This document shows, piece after piece, positions 21,035-33,400 of a stretch of DNA of 64,000 bases. This stretch comes from an uncultured virus (IMG/VR IMGVR_UViG_3300032291_002419) (Duplodnaviria > Heunggongvirae > Uroviricota > Caudoviricetes): IMG/VR virus record IMGVR_UViG_3300032291_002419. The stretch is one strand, 5' to 3'. The first letter of the stretch is position 1. Each line of letters starts with the position of its first letter. The notes under the pieces were generated by a model. That model made no database searches, was not told the DNA's origin, and saw only the letters and a list, made by a program, of their open reading frames with translations. The position numbers and the translations under genes are program-made.

Positions 21035-24000
21035 ATGGGTAAGTTAAAGACCATATTTCATATTGCAGATATACATATCCGTAATGTGCAACGGCATATC
21101 GAATATAGACAAGTATTTGAAAAAATGTTTGAAGAAATTCGAAAAAGAGGAACAGATAATTCTATTATATATTTAGCAGGTGATATTGCACACGCTAAAT
21201 TGGAATTATCACCTGAATTGATTAGGGAAATTGGTTGGTTATTTACAGAATGCTCGAAGCATTGTAGAACAATTCTTATAGCAGGTAATCACGATTGCAA
21301 TATGAATAATTCAGATAGATTGGATGTGTTAACACCAATTGTCGATGCATTGAATTTGCCAAATTTTCACTATCTAAGAGATACACAAGTACATACCATC
21401 GATGATGTCGATTTTGGAGTATTTAGTATTTTTGATAATAAAGATAATTGGCCAAAAGCAAATACTTTATCTGCAAATAAAAAAATTGCACTATTTCACG
21501 GGCCGGTTGATAACTCCACTACCGATATTGGATATGTGGTATCTTCCAGACATTTCACAACAGATATGTTTGATGGATATGACCTTGCGTTACTCGGTGA
21601 TATACATAAACGACAGATTATGATATCGGAGAGCGGGTGCAAGGTAGTATATGCAGGCTCGCTCCTGCAGCAGAATTTTGGCGAAACAGTAGATAAACAT
21701 GGATTTCTTGTTTGGGATTTAGATTCACTTGAATATGAAGAAGTTGATATTATCAATGAATATGGATACTATACATTGGATGTTGATAATGGCGTAGTTC
21801 CAATTGTAACGGATATGCCTAAGAAACCTCGTTTAAGAGTTCGTTTATCCAATACTGATACGTCCGATACAAAGAAAGTAATTACTGAAATTAAAATGAG
21901 ATATGGTGTTGAAGATTTTACAATTATCAGAACCGATTCATTTAATAAGCAAAAGACAGGAAATCGTTTGTCTAAATTGGACTTTGAAGATGTAGCTGAT
22001 GTGAATTATCAGAATACATTAATAAGCGATTATGTACAACGTATGATGCCGTTTACAACCAAATCCGATTTGGATGGGTTAGATATTATTAATAGAGATA
22101 TTAATAGTAGAATTGTGCAGGAAGAAATCCATAGAAACATTCATTGGAAACCAATTAAGTTTACATTTAGTAATATGTTTTCGTATGGAGAAGATAATAA
22201 AATTGATTTTTCTAAAGTAAGTGGATTGATGGGATTATTTGCCCCAAACGCAGCGGGTAAATCATCATTATTTGATGCAATTTCATTTTGTTTATTTGAT
22301 AAGTGTAGTAGAGCATTTAAAGCACAAAATATATTAAATAATCGTAAGAGTGAGTTTGAGTGCCAATTACACTTCCAAGTAGATGGAATCGATTTCCATA
22401 TTAAGAGAACGGCAAAAACCATTAATAAGGGGAAGAATGTAAAGGTAGATGTGCAATTTTGGAAAGAAGAGAGTGGAATTACAACTTCTTTAAATGGTAC
22501 GGAACGTAGAGATACTAATGTGGTAATTGAGCAATATGTTGGTAAGTATGAAGATTTTGTATTAACGGCATTATCGTTGCAAGGTAATAATTCTATATTC
22601 ATCGATAAATCCCAATCAGAACGTAAAGATTTATTAGCTCAATTTATGGGGTTAAATATATTTGATAAATTGTATGAAACCGCTATTGAGGATAATAAGG
22701 AAGTATCGGTATTGATTAAGAATTTTAAGAAAACCGATTTTACATCCGAATTGGCTGAAAAAGGATTAGAAAAGCAAACTAAAAAATCCGAATTAAGAGG
22801 TTTGGAAAAAGCCTTAGAAAGTAGAACAATAGATGTAACCGATTTATCTGATAAAATATTGGGATTAACAAAAGAGTTAGTGCCGGTAGATGGTAATTTG
22901 GATTTAGAAACTTTGGAAAAGAAAAAGAACGATATTGGTAGAAATATATTACATGTACTTTCCGAAGAGAAAAATAAAAAAGGAAAATTAGATGAATATA
23001 CCGAAGCTATATCTCAATTCTCACAATCTATTCAAAATAATAAAATAATCAATGGTAAACCAATTGAAGATGCCAAACGAGAATGGGATGGATATAAGAG
23101 TGAGATTAATATTACGGAACATCAAATTGAATTATTAGAACAATCGATTAAAACAAACAAAGAAAAACTTTCACATTTGGAGGAACATGAATATGACCCG
23201 AATTGCAAGTTTTGTATGAACAATATATTCGTTAAAGATGCATTGGAAACGAAATCGAAAGTAGAAGAGCAAGAAGATAGATTAATCGAATTGGGTAACA
23301 AACACCAATCCTTAATTCAGCAGGCATCTTACATTTCCGATGTAGAAGAACAATGGGAAACGTTGATAGAGTTAAACGCCAAATATCAGAAAGTAATTGT
23401 TTTCAAAGAAAAAACTATTTTAGAATTAAATGGATTCACAACTCAACAACAATTATACGATACTCAGTTGGAGAAAGTTAAAGCTGATATCCAAAAGTAT
23501 CACGATAATGAAGATACCATTAAACGTAATAAACAAATTGAAACGGTAATTAATGGGTTAAATAAAACCAAAGGTGAAATTGAATCCGAAATCAAATCAA
23601 TTAACAAAAATATTGCTGTGCTTAATGGTTCTATTTCTTCATTAGAATCGTTTGTAGAGGGTATAAAGTATAAGATGGATGAAGTTAAAGCCCTAGAGGA
23701 AAAGAATCGATTATACACCTATTACTTGGATGCTGTTAAGCGTGATGGAGTTCCATATGAATTGATTTCAAAAGCAATGCCAGTTATTGAAAATGAAATT
23801 AATAATATACTTGCACAAGTCGTAGATTTCAGTATAGTAATGGATATAGATGGTAAATCGATTAATGCTAAAATTGTCTATGAAGACCAAGAATGGCCAT
23901 TGGAAATGTGTAGTGGTATGGAAAAATTCGTAAGTGGATTGGCAATTAGAGTGGCTTTAATAAATATATGCAATTTACCAAGACCAAACTTTTTAGTAAT

Positions 24001-24181
24001 AGATGAGGGATTTGGAACTATGGATGCAAATAATTTATCATCGTTATTTATGATGATGCAATATTTAAAAACTCAATTTGATTTTATTTGGATGATTTCA
24101 CATTTAGAACAGATGCGTGATGTGGTAGATGGTTTAATAGAAATTAAAAAAATGAATGGATTTAGTAAGATTGATTACTAA
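21035..24181 (+). CDS. Fused Mre11/SbcD nuclease - Rad50/SbcC ATPase (gp47-gp46 fusion)
   Basis: Phosphoesterase DIH, GD, GNHD, FHG, GDIH motifs; then Walker A NAAGKSS, coiled coil with CKFC hook, CSGMEK signature, LVIDEGFG Walker B, ISH. Confidence 0.93.
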   Translation: MGKLKTIFHIADIHIRNVQRHIEYRQVFEKMFEEIRKRGTDNSIIYLAGDIAHAKLELSPELIREIGWLFTECSKHCRTILIAGNHDCNMNNSDRLDVLTPIVDALNLPNFHYLRDTQVHTIDDVDFGVFSIFDNKDNWPKANTLSANKKIALFHGPVDNSTTDIGYVVSSRHFTTDMFDGYDLALLGDIHKRQIMISESGCKVVYAGSLLQQNFGETVDKHGFLVWDLDSLEYEEVDIINEYGYYTLDVDNGVVPIVTDMPKKPRLRVRLSNTDTSDTKKVITEIKMRYGVEDFTIIRTDSFNKQKTGNRLSKLDFEDVADVNYQNTLISDYVQRMMPFTTKSDLDGLDIINRDINSRIVQEEIHRNIHWKPIKFTFSNMFSYGEDNKIDFSKVSGLMGLFAPNAAGKSSLFDAISFCLFDKCSRAFKAQNILNNRKSEFECQLHFQVDGIDFHIKRTAKTINKGKNVKVDVQFWKEESGITTSLNGTERRDTNVVIEQYVGKYEDFVLTALSLQGNNSIFIDKSQSERKDLLAQFMGLNIFDKLYETAIEDNKEVSVLIKNFKKTDFTSELAEKGLEKQTKKSELRGLEKALESRTIDVTDLSDKILGLTKELVPVDGNLDLETLEKKKNDIGRNILHVLSEEKNKKGKLDEYTEAISQFSQSIQNNKIINGKPIEDAKREWDGYKSEINITEHQIELLEQSIKTNKEKLSHLEEHEYDPNCKFCMNNIFVKDALETKSKVEEQEDRLIELGNKHQSLIQQASYISDVEEQWETLIELNAKYQKVIVFKEKTILELNGFTTQQQLYDTQLEKVKADIQKYHDNEDTIKRNKQIETVINGLNKTKGEIESEIKSINKNIAVLNGSISSLESFVEGIKYKMDEVKALEEKNRLYTYYLDAVKRDGVPYELISKAMPVIENEINNILAQVVDFSIVMDIDGKSINAKIVYEDQEWPLEMCSGMEKFVSGLAIRVALINICNLPRPNFLVIDEGFGTMDANNLSSLFMMMQYLKTQFDFIWMISHLEQMRDVVDGLIEIKKMNGFSKIDY

Positions 24182-24341
24182 TTTTATCAGCTCGTAGAAC
24201 CGCCACTTTAGGATTAGTAGAACCTATATGTTTTTTGATTAAATTTTCAATCAAACTTCCCATTTTAAACCCATGTTCTTCGCAATATCCTTTGAGAAGT
24301 TCGTGGGTTTCTTTTTTTATCTGCACCATTGAATATTTCAT
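24162..24341 (-). CDS. Ribbon-helix-helix DNA-binding protein, 59 aa (absent from the ORF track)
   Basis: Manual translation MKYSMVQIKKETHELLKGYCEEHGFKMGSLIENLIKKHIGSTNPKVAVLRADKISNQSY*; strand, helix, G-turn, helix pattern; fills an otherwise empty gap. Confidence 0.75.
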   Translation of the reverse strand: MKYSMVQIKKETHELLKGYCEEHGFKMGSLIENLIKKHIGSTNPKVAVLRADKISNQSY

Positions 24342-24344
24342 AAC

Positions 24345-24374
24345 TTTAGATTTCTTTAGTTTTTATTAGTTTTC
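24345..24374. repeat. Three tandem 10-bp repeats (operator candidate)
   Basis: TTTAGATTTC / TTTAGTTTTT / ATTAGTTTTC directly upstream of the RHH start codon. Confidence 0.6.
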
Positions 24375-24432
24375 TATATATAACTATGAGATAATATTTT
24401 TTATGAATATTTATTGAAAAGATATTCCACAA

Positions 24433-27400
24433 ATGGCTCTAATTAAAAAAACTTTGTTTCCCGAAAATTTAGATAAATATACTACATTTATCAATGATAC
24501 GGATATAAATAGTAAATATTTCAAGATAACTGAATTACCTGATACATTTACTGGCGGTAAAAATGCATTCCTTATAGCGGGTTCAAGTGAATTAGTAGCG
24601 GATACCGTAGTAAAAGTTGAAATAAAAGATGCGGCTGGGAATATCATATATTATGAGCCAGGAGAAGGTAGGATGTATTCCGAAATAAATGGTGAACAAT
24701 TTATAAGTGAATACTATGAGGGAGTTTCAAAAGTTGTAGCAGTTTACATTTATCCCGATACTACGGCATATGGGCCATGCACAATTACTATATTAGGTGA
24801 ATTGAGTTCATATTATGATTCAGACGGATTACTATCAACTATACCGCTTGACTGGCAAGGAACGTATAATGTAAAATGGCAAAAAACGGTTAATGTAAAT
24901 CCAACATTACCAAATACTACCAAAATTCGTTTTTATAAAAGACCTACGGTTACAATTAATGAAATATTATCGCCAATATATCAAATTGATTCCGAGGCTG
25001 GGTTAAAAATTAATACCGGAATCAACCAATCATTTGCGGATATAAGAATTTCAAATTTAGAAACATTCGCAGGTGATGTAAAGCGGGTTAAGGTATTTAG
25101 AACATCGACTGGAGATATTTCCGATTACGATATGATTCAGGATATTTTGGTTGAATCAAAAGAGTTATTAATCACATACGATTTATCTAGCAGCGTAATT
25201 GGAAATACGGGTACTTTTACATCGGAAACATTAAAGCAATATTGGAATACGGGTTCATTACAAGCAACCTTAACAACGGATAAAGTAGAGAGTGGATTAA
25301 AATTAAATGGTAGTGGAAATCTAAGATATTCATCATCTCTACAATTAAAATCCACAAATACATACGAAATAAACTTAGATGCGTTCTATTCATCTTCAAC
25401 CGATAGTAATATAGGAATATATCTTAGTGGTTCGGATGGAGGCGATGTATTGGTAGGTTCATTAAATGGTATATCTCCTACTAAAAATTTATTAGATACA
25501 ACCATACCATTTAAATTAGATTCTGATTTTGCAAGTGCATCATTATATTTTTCACAATCAAATGGCGAATGGCATTTAGGAAATATTAGCTTAAAATTAT
25601 CAGAAGATACGGCATTTTCACCCGATGCCATATCATTCATAACGTCTATGCCCAACGTTGTTAGTAATCAGGATTTTAATTTTAAATTTGAATTCTATGA
25701 TGTGAATAGCAATTACGTTCCCGTATTAGTAACTGGAAGTGCTAGCTTTGTAGGAGGCTCCACAGCTATTACCAAATTATTAACATTTGAATCGGATAGG
25801 ACAGCATTTAGGTTTAGTACGGGTTCGTACGCAAACCCACCCAGTCAATTTGTAAAATTTAAAACCACACGTACAAACTTTACAGGGTCGGTGGTATATT
25901 CAAGTGCATCGTTTGACACGAATGGTAATTATATTGAACCTAGTTCATATGCGGGAGCATATCCAGGAGCGTTTCAAATTCAAAATGATAATGAAGCACT
26001 TTTGAGTGTTGCAAATTTCACAGGAAGTATTAATACGGTATTGGTCGGTACAATTACATTTACTGCTTCATGTGAAGGATTTGAGGAATATGAAACGATT
26101 TATAGATTTGAAGATGGTGATAATGCGCCTGGACTATTCGTAACATCAAATGCCAATCAATTCATTTACAAAGCAACCGATTTATCCCTTAATCCTGCGG
26201 GTCAAATTATAACAATCGAAGCTAAACGTAAAAACTTAGCATCAGCAACAACTCCATTAACTGTAAATTCGGGAAGTGGAAAACCTCCATTAACATTTGT
26301 GTCTACAAACGCAACAAATGGAGTAGATACATACACATTAGCAGGAACTACATATCCATATGGAACGGGAGAAACTAGATATTTCATTTCAGGTTCAGAC
26401 CAATTTGGAAATGAATTTTCAGATACAATAAAAATAACTCCTGTAAAAATATTAGATGGATTATCTGCAACACTTACAAATGATAACGCATCATTACCAG
26501 CACTTTCAACTGGGTTTGTAGCAAGCGGTTCATTTATATTCACATCGGGTTCAGTAAATGTAAAAGTTGGAAACGAAACAATTGTATTCGATGATGATAA
26601 CGATGGCAATAGAGCAAACAACACATTTGCTATAACAAATTTAAGTGGGATAGGGTGTACGCCAAACGTATCAAATCCATCTACAAATGGATATGGTATA
26701 ACAAATTTATCAGATGATTCTGGTTCATTAGATATAACAATTAGTTATAAAGATGGAGCAGGTGACACGACTTCTATTATTAAAACGGCAACTTACACAA
26801 AAAATAAGAAAGCAGCACCGGTATTAGAATTTGTAATTGGTAATAATAACCAATCGGTTACTGCGAAATCGACAGGTGAGCAAATCGATGCATTTGTAAA
26901 TGCAACCTTTACGGTGAATGAATCATATAATGGAGTAACTACACAAAAAACATTTACACCAACATCAATTACGGCAACTAATTCGTATAGTGTCGGTAAT
27001 GCCAATGCGACATCATTGATACTACCGAGTATGGCTAATGGAACTAATTCAGTAGATATATCCGTAACAGGTACGGTAGTTGATTCGGAAAATGTAACAA
27101 GATTTGTTTATGGGAGTATATCATTATCAAAAGTTCAAAAAGCCGCTCCGACAGTCGATGTATCCGCATCTCCGCAAACCCAAGTTGTATTAGGCACAAA
27201 TGGGACTGGTTATACGGGAATACAATATAGGTATTTAGCGCAAACTTTTCAGGAGGAAAATTGCCAATTAACGGGAGGACAATCGTATAATGTTTGGTCT
27301 TATCAAGATGTTGGAGCTGGGTATTATGTTATAAATGCACTAAATGGTGAACTAATTGGGGTCGGAAACTGGTATTTAACCCCATCATCTCATGAAGATT

Positions 27401-30400
27401 ATACGACTAAAATTGACATAATAACTCCATTTGGTTGTGGAACACAAACGACAACTACAACACAATCGCCGGTAATAACTCAACTTGAAACGGCTGTATT
27501 GCAAGATGTAGTAATAAGTGCGCTAGAGGGCGAGGTAGATAGATTTGTGTCAGCCGCAGTTACAAGTTCAGTAGGACTCACCGATACCCCACTAATCGAA
27601 GGTAATATCATAAAAATGTCGGATACTAGGATTGCGGTAAGTGATGCACGTGTATCGGTAAATGTAACATATACGGATAGTGAGGGTACAACGCGAAATC
27701 AATTAATTATAATAAGAGCATCCACCTCATTGACAATAGAATTGCAAGAAGTAGGTGAACTCATAGAATACAACGTATCATCGGCATTTAAAATTGCAAA
27801 TTTGAATAGTGCCACTGCAAGCCTATACCGAGCAACTGCGAGTTTAAATGCCGCAACCGCAAGTTTTAGTAGTTCAATCGGATGGTTGAACATTGCAACT
27901 GCGAGTTTGAACCAATACACTCAATCGCAAGATAGTAAAAATCTAACGCTATCATCGGTAACTGCGAGTTTGAACCAATACACTCAATCGCAAGATAGTA
28001 AAAATTTGGTATTATCATCAGTTACCGCAAGTTTATACCTATCAACTGCGAGTTTGAATTCGGCAACCGCAAGTTTATACCGAGCAACTGCGAGTTTGAA
28101 CCAATACACTCAATCGCAAGATAGTAAAAATTTGGTATTATCATCAGTTACCGCAAGTTTTAGTAGTTCAATTGGAAGTTTGAATACCGCAACCGCAAGT
28201 TTTAGTAGTTCAATCGGAAGCTTGAATACCACAACCGCAAGTTTTAGTAGTTCAATCGGAAGGTTAAACTCGGCAACCGCAAGTTTAAACTTGGCAACCG
28301 CAAGTTTTAGTAGTTCAATCGGAAGCTTGAATACCGCAACTGCGAGTTTAAACTTGGCAACCGCAAGTTTTAGTAGTTCAATCGGAAGCTTAAATTCAAA
28401 GACTGGCTCATACGCAACTACGGGTTCAAATATATTTACTGGCAATCAAACAATCACAGGTTCACTATTCATAACACAAAACTTAATAGTACAAGGTTCT
28501 TCATCAATTCAAAATATTAGTTCTTCTACATTAAACATTGGAACTAATATTATAACAGTTGCGGTAAATCAACCGGCGGTTAGATTTGGTGGATTGGCTG
28601 TAATTGATAGTGGTTCAGCCGGTGGTTCTGGCTCATTCTTATACGACTCTATGCAAGATGAATTTATATTTGTTCATAGAGGAAATGGGACTAATGTAAC
28701 ATCATCTCACTTTGTATTAGGACCGGAAACGTATGATAATTTAGGAAACGAAATATATCTTACAAATAATATATTACCAAAGGGAACAGGTAAAGAACAT
28801 ATAGTTGATTCGCAGATTTTCGATAATGGTTCACGAGTAGGTATTGGGCAAACCAATCCTTTATTAAGTTTAGATGTTTCGAACATATCAGGTAACACTT
28901 ATGGAAGACCTTCAATAGGAGGTAGGAGTGCGGATGGTACTTTGTGGGGGTATATGCTTGCTCCAATAAACGGAGGAACTTTTTTCGATTTTGTTAGGTC
29001 AAATAATTTAGGATTAAGATTTGCAACTGAATCAAGTTTAGGAAGTGGTACATTTAGTACTCAAATGTTTATTAGTAGCGGTGGTAATGTTGGGATTGGT
29101 ACGACAAGTCCGACGCTTGGACGGGTTCATGTAAATGGTGGTAATATCGGAATAGAGCATTCAAGTGGCCAAGGATTGGTTTTATATAACAATTCTGATG
29201 AAAACCGGGCAGGGTACATTAGCATAACCGGAGATGGTGATTTTTCAAATAGGTTTGTAAATATAGGCTCTACAAGTACAGCTTATGGGTTTAAGTTTAT
29301 AAATGGGGCAGGTACGCATATAACCGTTTTAAACAACGGCAATGTCGGCATAGGAACACCAACTCCGACTGCGAAGCTTGAAGTTAACGGAACAGGTTTT
29401 TTTAGTAATAGTGTTACAATTAGTTCTGCTGGATATGTTCAATTATTAATTGACCAAACTGATTCAGCGGCAGTAGCTCATGGCATTACGTCAGCTTCGG
29501 CCAGAGCGTTTGTGAATGTATCAAACGATGGCGTAGGACATGTTACAGGAACTTCTGCTTATGCTTTTCTTTTTAACGGCGTTGAAAGGGCAAGATTAAC
29601 GTCCGATGGTAGTTTGGGTATAGGTACAACATCTCTAACGGGCATCAATTTCCGTAGTAGCAAACCAATTACCGGCTCAGCTAGTGGATTTGGTATTCTA
29701 CAAGACGGAACAATAGGCTCAGATATAACAACATCCGCATCATTAATCCAAGCTAACGTATCACAAGTCGCAGGTGTTACAACTCCCAATGTTTACACAT
29801 TTATAGCAAATCAAGGAACGGTATCCGGTAGTATAACAAATTTACATGGATTTTATGTAAATAGCAATATGGTTTCGGCGACCAACAGTTATGGATTTAG
29901 AGGACTAATTCCAAATGCATCTAACCGTTGGAACTTATATATGGATGGTACAGCACCAAATTACATGGCAGGTAGTTTGGGTATTGGAACAATAAATCCA
30001 GCAAGTCAATTGCATATATCCGGAGAGGCACCAATTCAAACAATTACAGCAACCAACGTGTCAAGTGGGCTTAGACTTAATATTACTGGACAAACCGGAG
30101 GATATGCACACAGAATACAAAGAGATGGTGTTACTATTCAAGCTACTTCCGTTACTGGTAATGTAGGCATAGGAAATGACTTTACCGCAGGTGCTAACCT
30201 CTTAATAAGTAAAAATATTGAAGGTTCTATCGCTCCATCTGCAATAGCTGTCACCGGAATTGTTCAATCAGGCGTAACGCAAGATACAAGAATATTCCAA
30301 TCAAGCCCTAACGTTGTAGCTGGTCATACTTTACCAAACTTGTATCACTTTATAGTATCTCCAGCTACAACATATACTGGAACTGTAACTACGCAAACAG

Positions 30401-33400
30401 GGGTTTATATTCAATCCAATTTAACTGGGGCAACTAACAATTATGGGCTAAGAAGTTTAATACCAGCGGTATCTGGCGCAAATCACTGGAATTTGTTCAT
30501 GGATGGTACTGCACCAAATCACATGGCAGGTAGTTTGGGCATTGGTACAACAACTTTAACCGAAAGGTCTTTAGGGATAAGTAAGCCAATTACAGGAGCA
30601 AGTACCGCATACGGAGTATTTCAAACTGGACAAATACAATCAGATGTCACTGTCGAATCTTTCGGATTTAGGAATCTTTTAAACACCGCAGCAGCATCTT
30701 TTAATTTAGGTAATTATTTTCACTATGCCGCAACGTCAATAGCGTTTGGTACAGGTAGTACAATAGGAGGTCAAACTGGTTTTTTTGCAAACGCATCATT
30801 AACCGGAGCGACTAATAACTTTGGCTTTAGAGGATTGATACCTGCTGGGACTGGAAGATGGAACTTATACATGGATGGGACTGCTAATAATTACATGGCA
30901 GGTAGTTTGGGGATAGGAACTTTAGGTCTGACCGGTTTAAATTTTAGAAATAGTAAAACAATAACTGGGGGAGGAAGTGGATTTTCATACGGAAACTATT
31001 CAGATGGACAAATTCAAAATGATGTTACAGGTGCAGCTTGGTATTATAGAACACAAGCATCGACTCAAGCTACATCATTTACATTGCCAAGTTTACTTCA
31101 TTATCATGCTGCACAAGGTACAATAGGGGCAGGTAGTGATGTAACCACTCAAACTGGATTTTTAGCAGATGCCACATTGATTGGAGGAACTACAAATATT
31201 GGATTTAACGGAGCTATACCAGCTGCGGCGAATCGATGGAATGTATATATGAGTGGAACTGCTCAAAACTATTTTAATGGTAGTGTGGGAATAGGGGTAA
31301 CAGTTCCTGTAACTAAGTTAGATGTACGAGGACAAGTTTCAGCAGACTTAGGGACTTTAACAAATCCCGCATATTCTTTTGTTGGAGATTTGAATACGGG
31401 ATTATATAGTCCAAGTGCGGATGCTTTGGCATTAGTTACGAATGGCGCAAATCGGATTCATGTTGATAATGTCGGTAATGTTGGAATAGGAGTGATGGCT
31501 CCAACTCAAAAATTGGAAATTCATGGAGGGAACGATGTAGGTATTTCTATCTTTAACACTAATTCTAATTATTGGGATATTACAAATGGTTTGAACGGAA
31601 CTCTTAATTTCATAAGAGGAAGGTCAAATAACTTCATGCAGATAAACCAATTTGGCAACGTTGGAATTGGAACGGTAGCCCCAACAGAGAGGCTCCACAT
31701 ATCGGGCTCAATCCTACAAACAGGTTTTAATACGGGACTAGCCTATGCAGACGCAACGGGAAAATTGATACTTGCCACAGCGGCAAATGTAAACACACTA
31801 TTAGGTAATGATAGCCTAACGACCAACTATGTACCAAAATGGAACGGAACAGCTTTTACTAATAGTCAGATTTTCGATAATGGTACTAATGTGGGGGTTG
31901 GTACGACAAGTCCTATTCAATCAATTCATTTAAGAAAAGAAAGTGCAGTAGCTGTTAGTGCATCTTCAATAACAGGGAGTACACTTGCAGGCACGTTAAT
32001 AAGTAACTTGGATATATCTGCTAATATTGGTGCATCAATTGCGTTTCAATTAGGTGGCACAGGTACTGCCTGGGCTTCGATTGCGGCAACAAGACCTAGT
32101 GCTAATAATTCACACTTGTCTTTCTATACAGAATTAGACGACGTGTTTTCTGAAAAGGTACGAATACTAAACAACGGAAACGTGGGGATTGGGACGGAAA
32201 CACCTACAAGGGCTTTACAAATACAAAATAGCGGTAGTAATTTATTTTCCGTTCAACGTACTGGATATGATGCGTGGGGGTTTCTTCAATCAGTAGGTAC
32301 AGGTATTCACTTCCATAACTATACAGATTCAAGGACTGATATGTATATAGATGGTAGTGGTAATATTGGTATGGGTACAACAATCCCAGCTACAAAACTT
32401 CACATCCAAGCAGGAAATGCTAATCAATTACGTTTAGACAATTCGGGCGAGCGATATACAGAAATAGATTATTATAATAGCGGTTCTTTAAGAGCGGCTA
32501 CTTATTATGATAACACCGCTAATGAATTTGTCCAAAGAACACTTACTACCGCCAGTATTGGATTTGATACCAATTTGATACGAAGGATGACAATCAGTAG
32601 TAGTGGGAATGTGGGCATAGGAACGGCAACGCCAACTCAATTATTACACGTTAACGGAAACACTCGTTTAGGCGAAAGAATAGAAATGCAGCCATCAAGG
32701 CGTATCGGCGCAGGATTAGATTTTGGCAATGTAGCAGAAGCGGGAAGTGGATATTTGGAGCTCTACAATTCAGGTACAGGGGATACAAGTTTAGTAAACA
32801 CAACCAATTTTGCGTCAATAACATTACATACTAACAATACCGAAAGATTGAGAGTATTACATAACGGCAACGTAGGGATTGGTATAACAACTCCTTCGCA
32901 ATCTCTTCATGTGTTTACCGCAACTCCATACCAAATACAAGTACAACGCTCAGGTGTAGCAAGTGCGTTGATTGGGGTTTCGGCACAAACAGCTAATAGT
33001 ACAGGAGATTTACTGTTTGAAGCCACACAAGCAAGTCAAGGATTTGTATTCAGGTCAAGAGACTCGGGCAGTGCGTTGATTAACTCTTTGGGAATAGATA
33101 GGAACGGAAACGTGGGTATTGGCATTTTTAACCCCACAACTAAGTTAGACGTACGAGGACAAGTTTCGGCAAACATAGGGACTTTAGCAAATCCCGCATA
33201 TTCGTTTGTTGGAGACCTCAATACAGGATTATATAGTCCAAGCGCAGATACTTTAGCATTAGTTACAAATGGTGTTAATAGGCTTAATGTATCTAACGTA
33301 GGAGATGTACTTATTGGTTCGGCTGCTGGTGTCAACTCTTTAATGGTAAGTAAAAACATTACTGGCGGTGCCGATGTATCGGGTATTAGGAGTAGTGGTC

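Noticed and set aside
27800..28400. Repeat array as a CRISPR
   Set aside because: In-frame coding heptads with no unique spacers and no cas genes.
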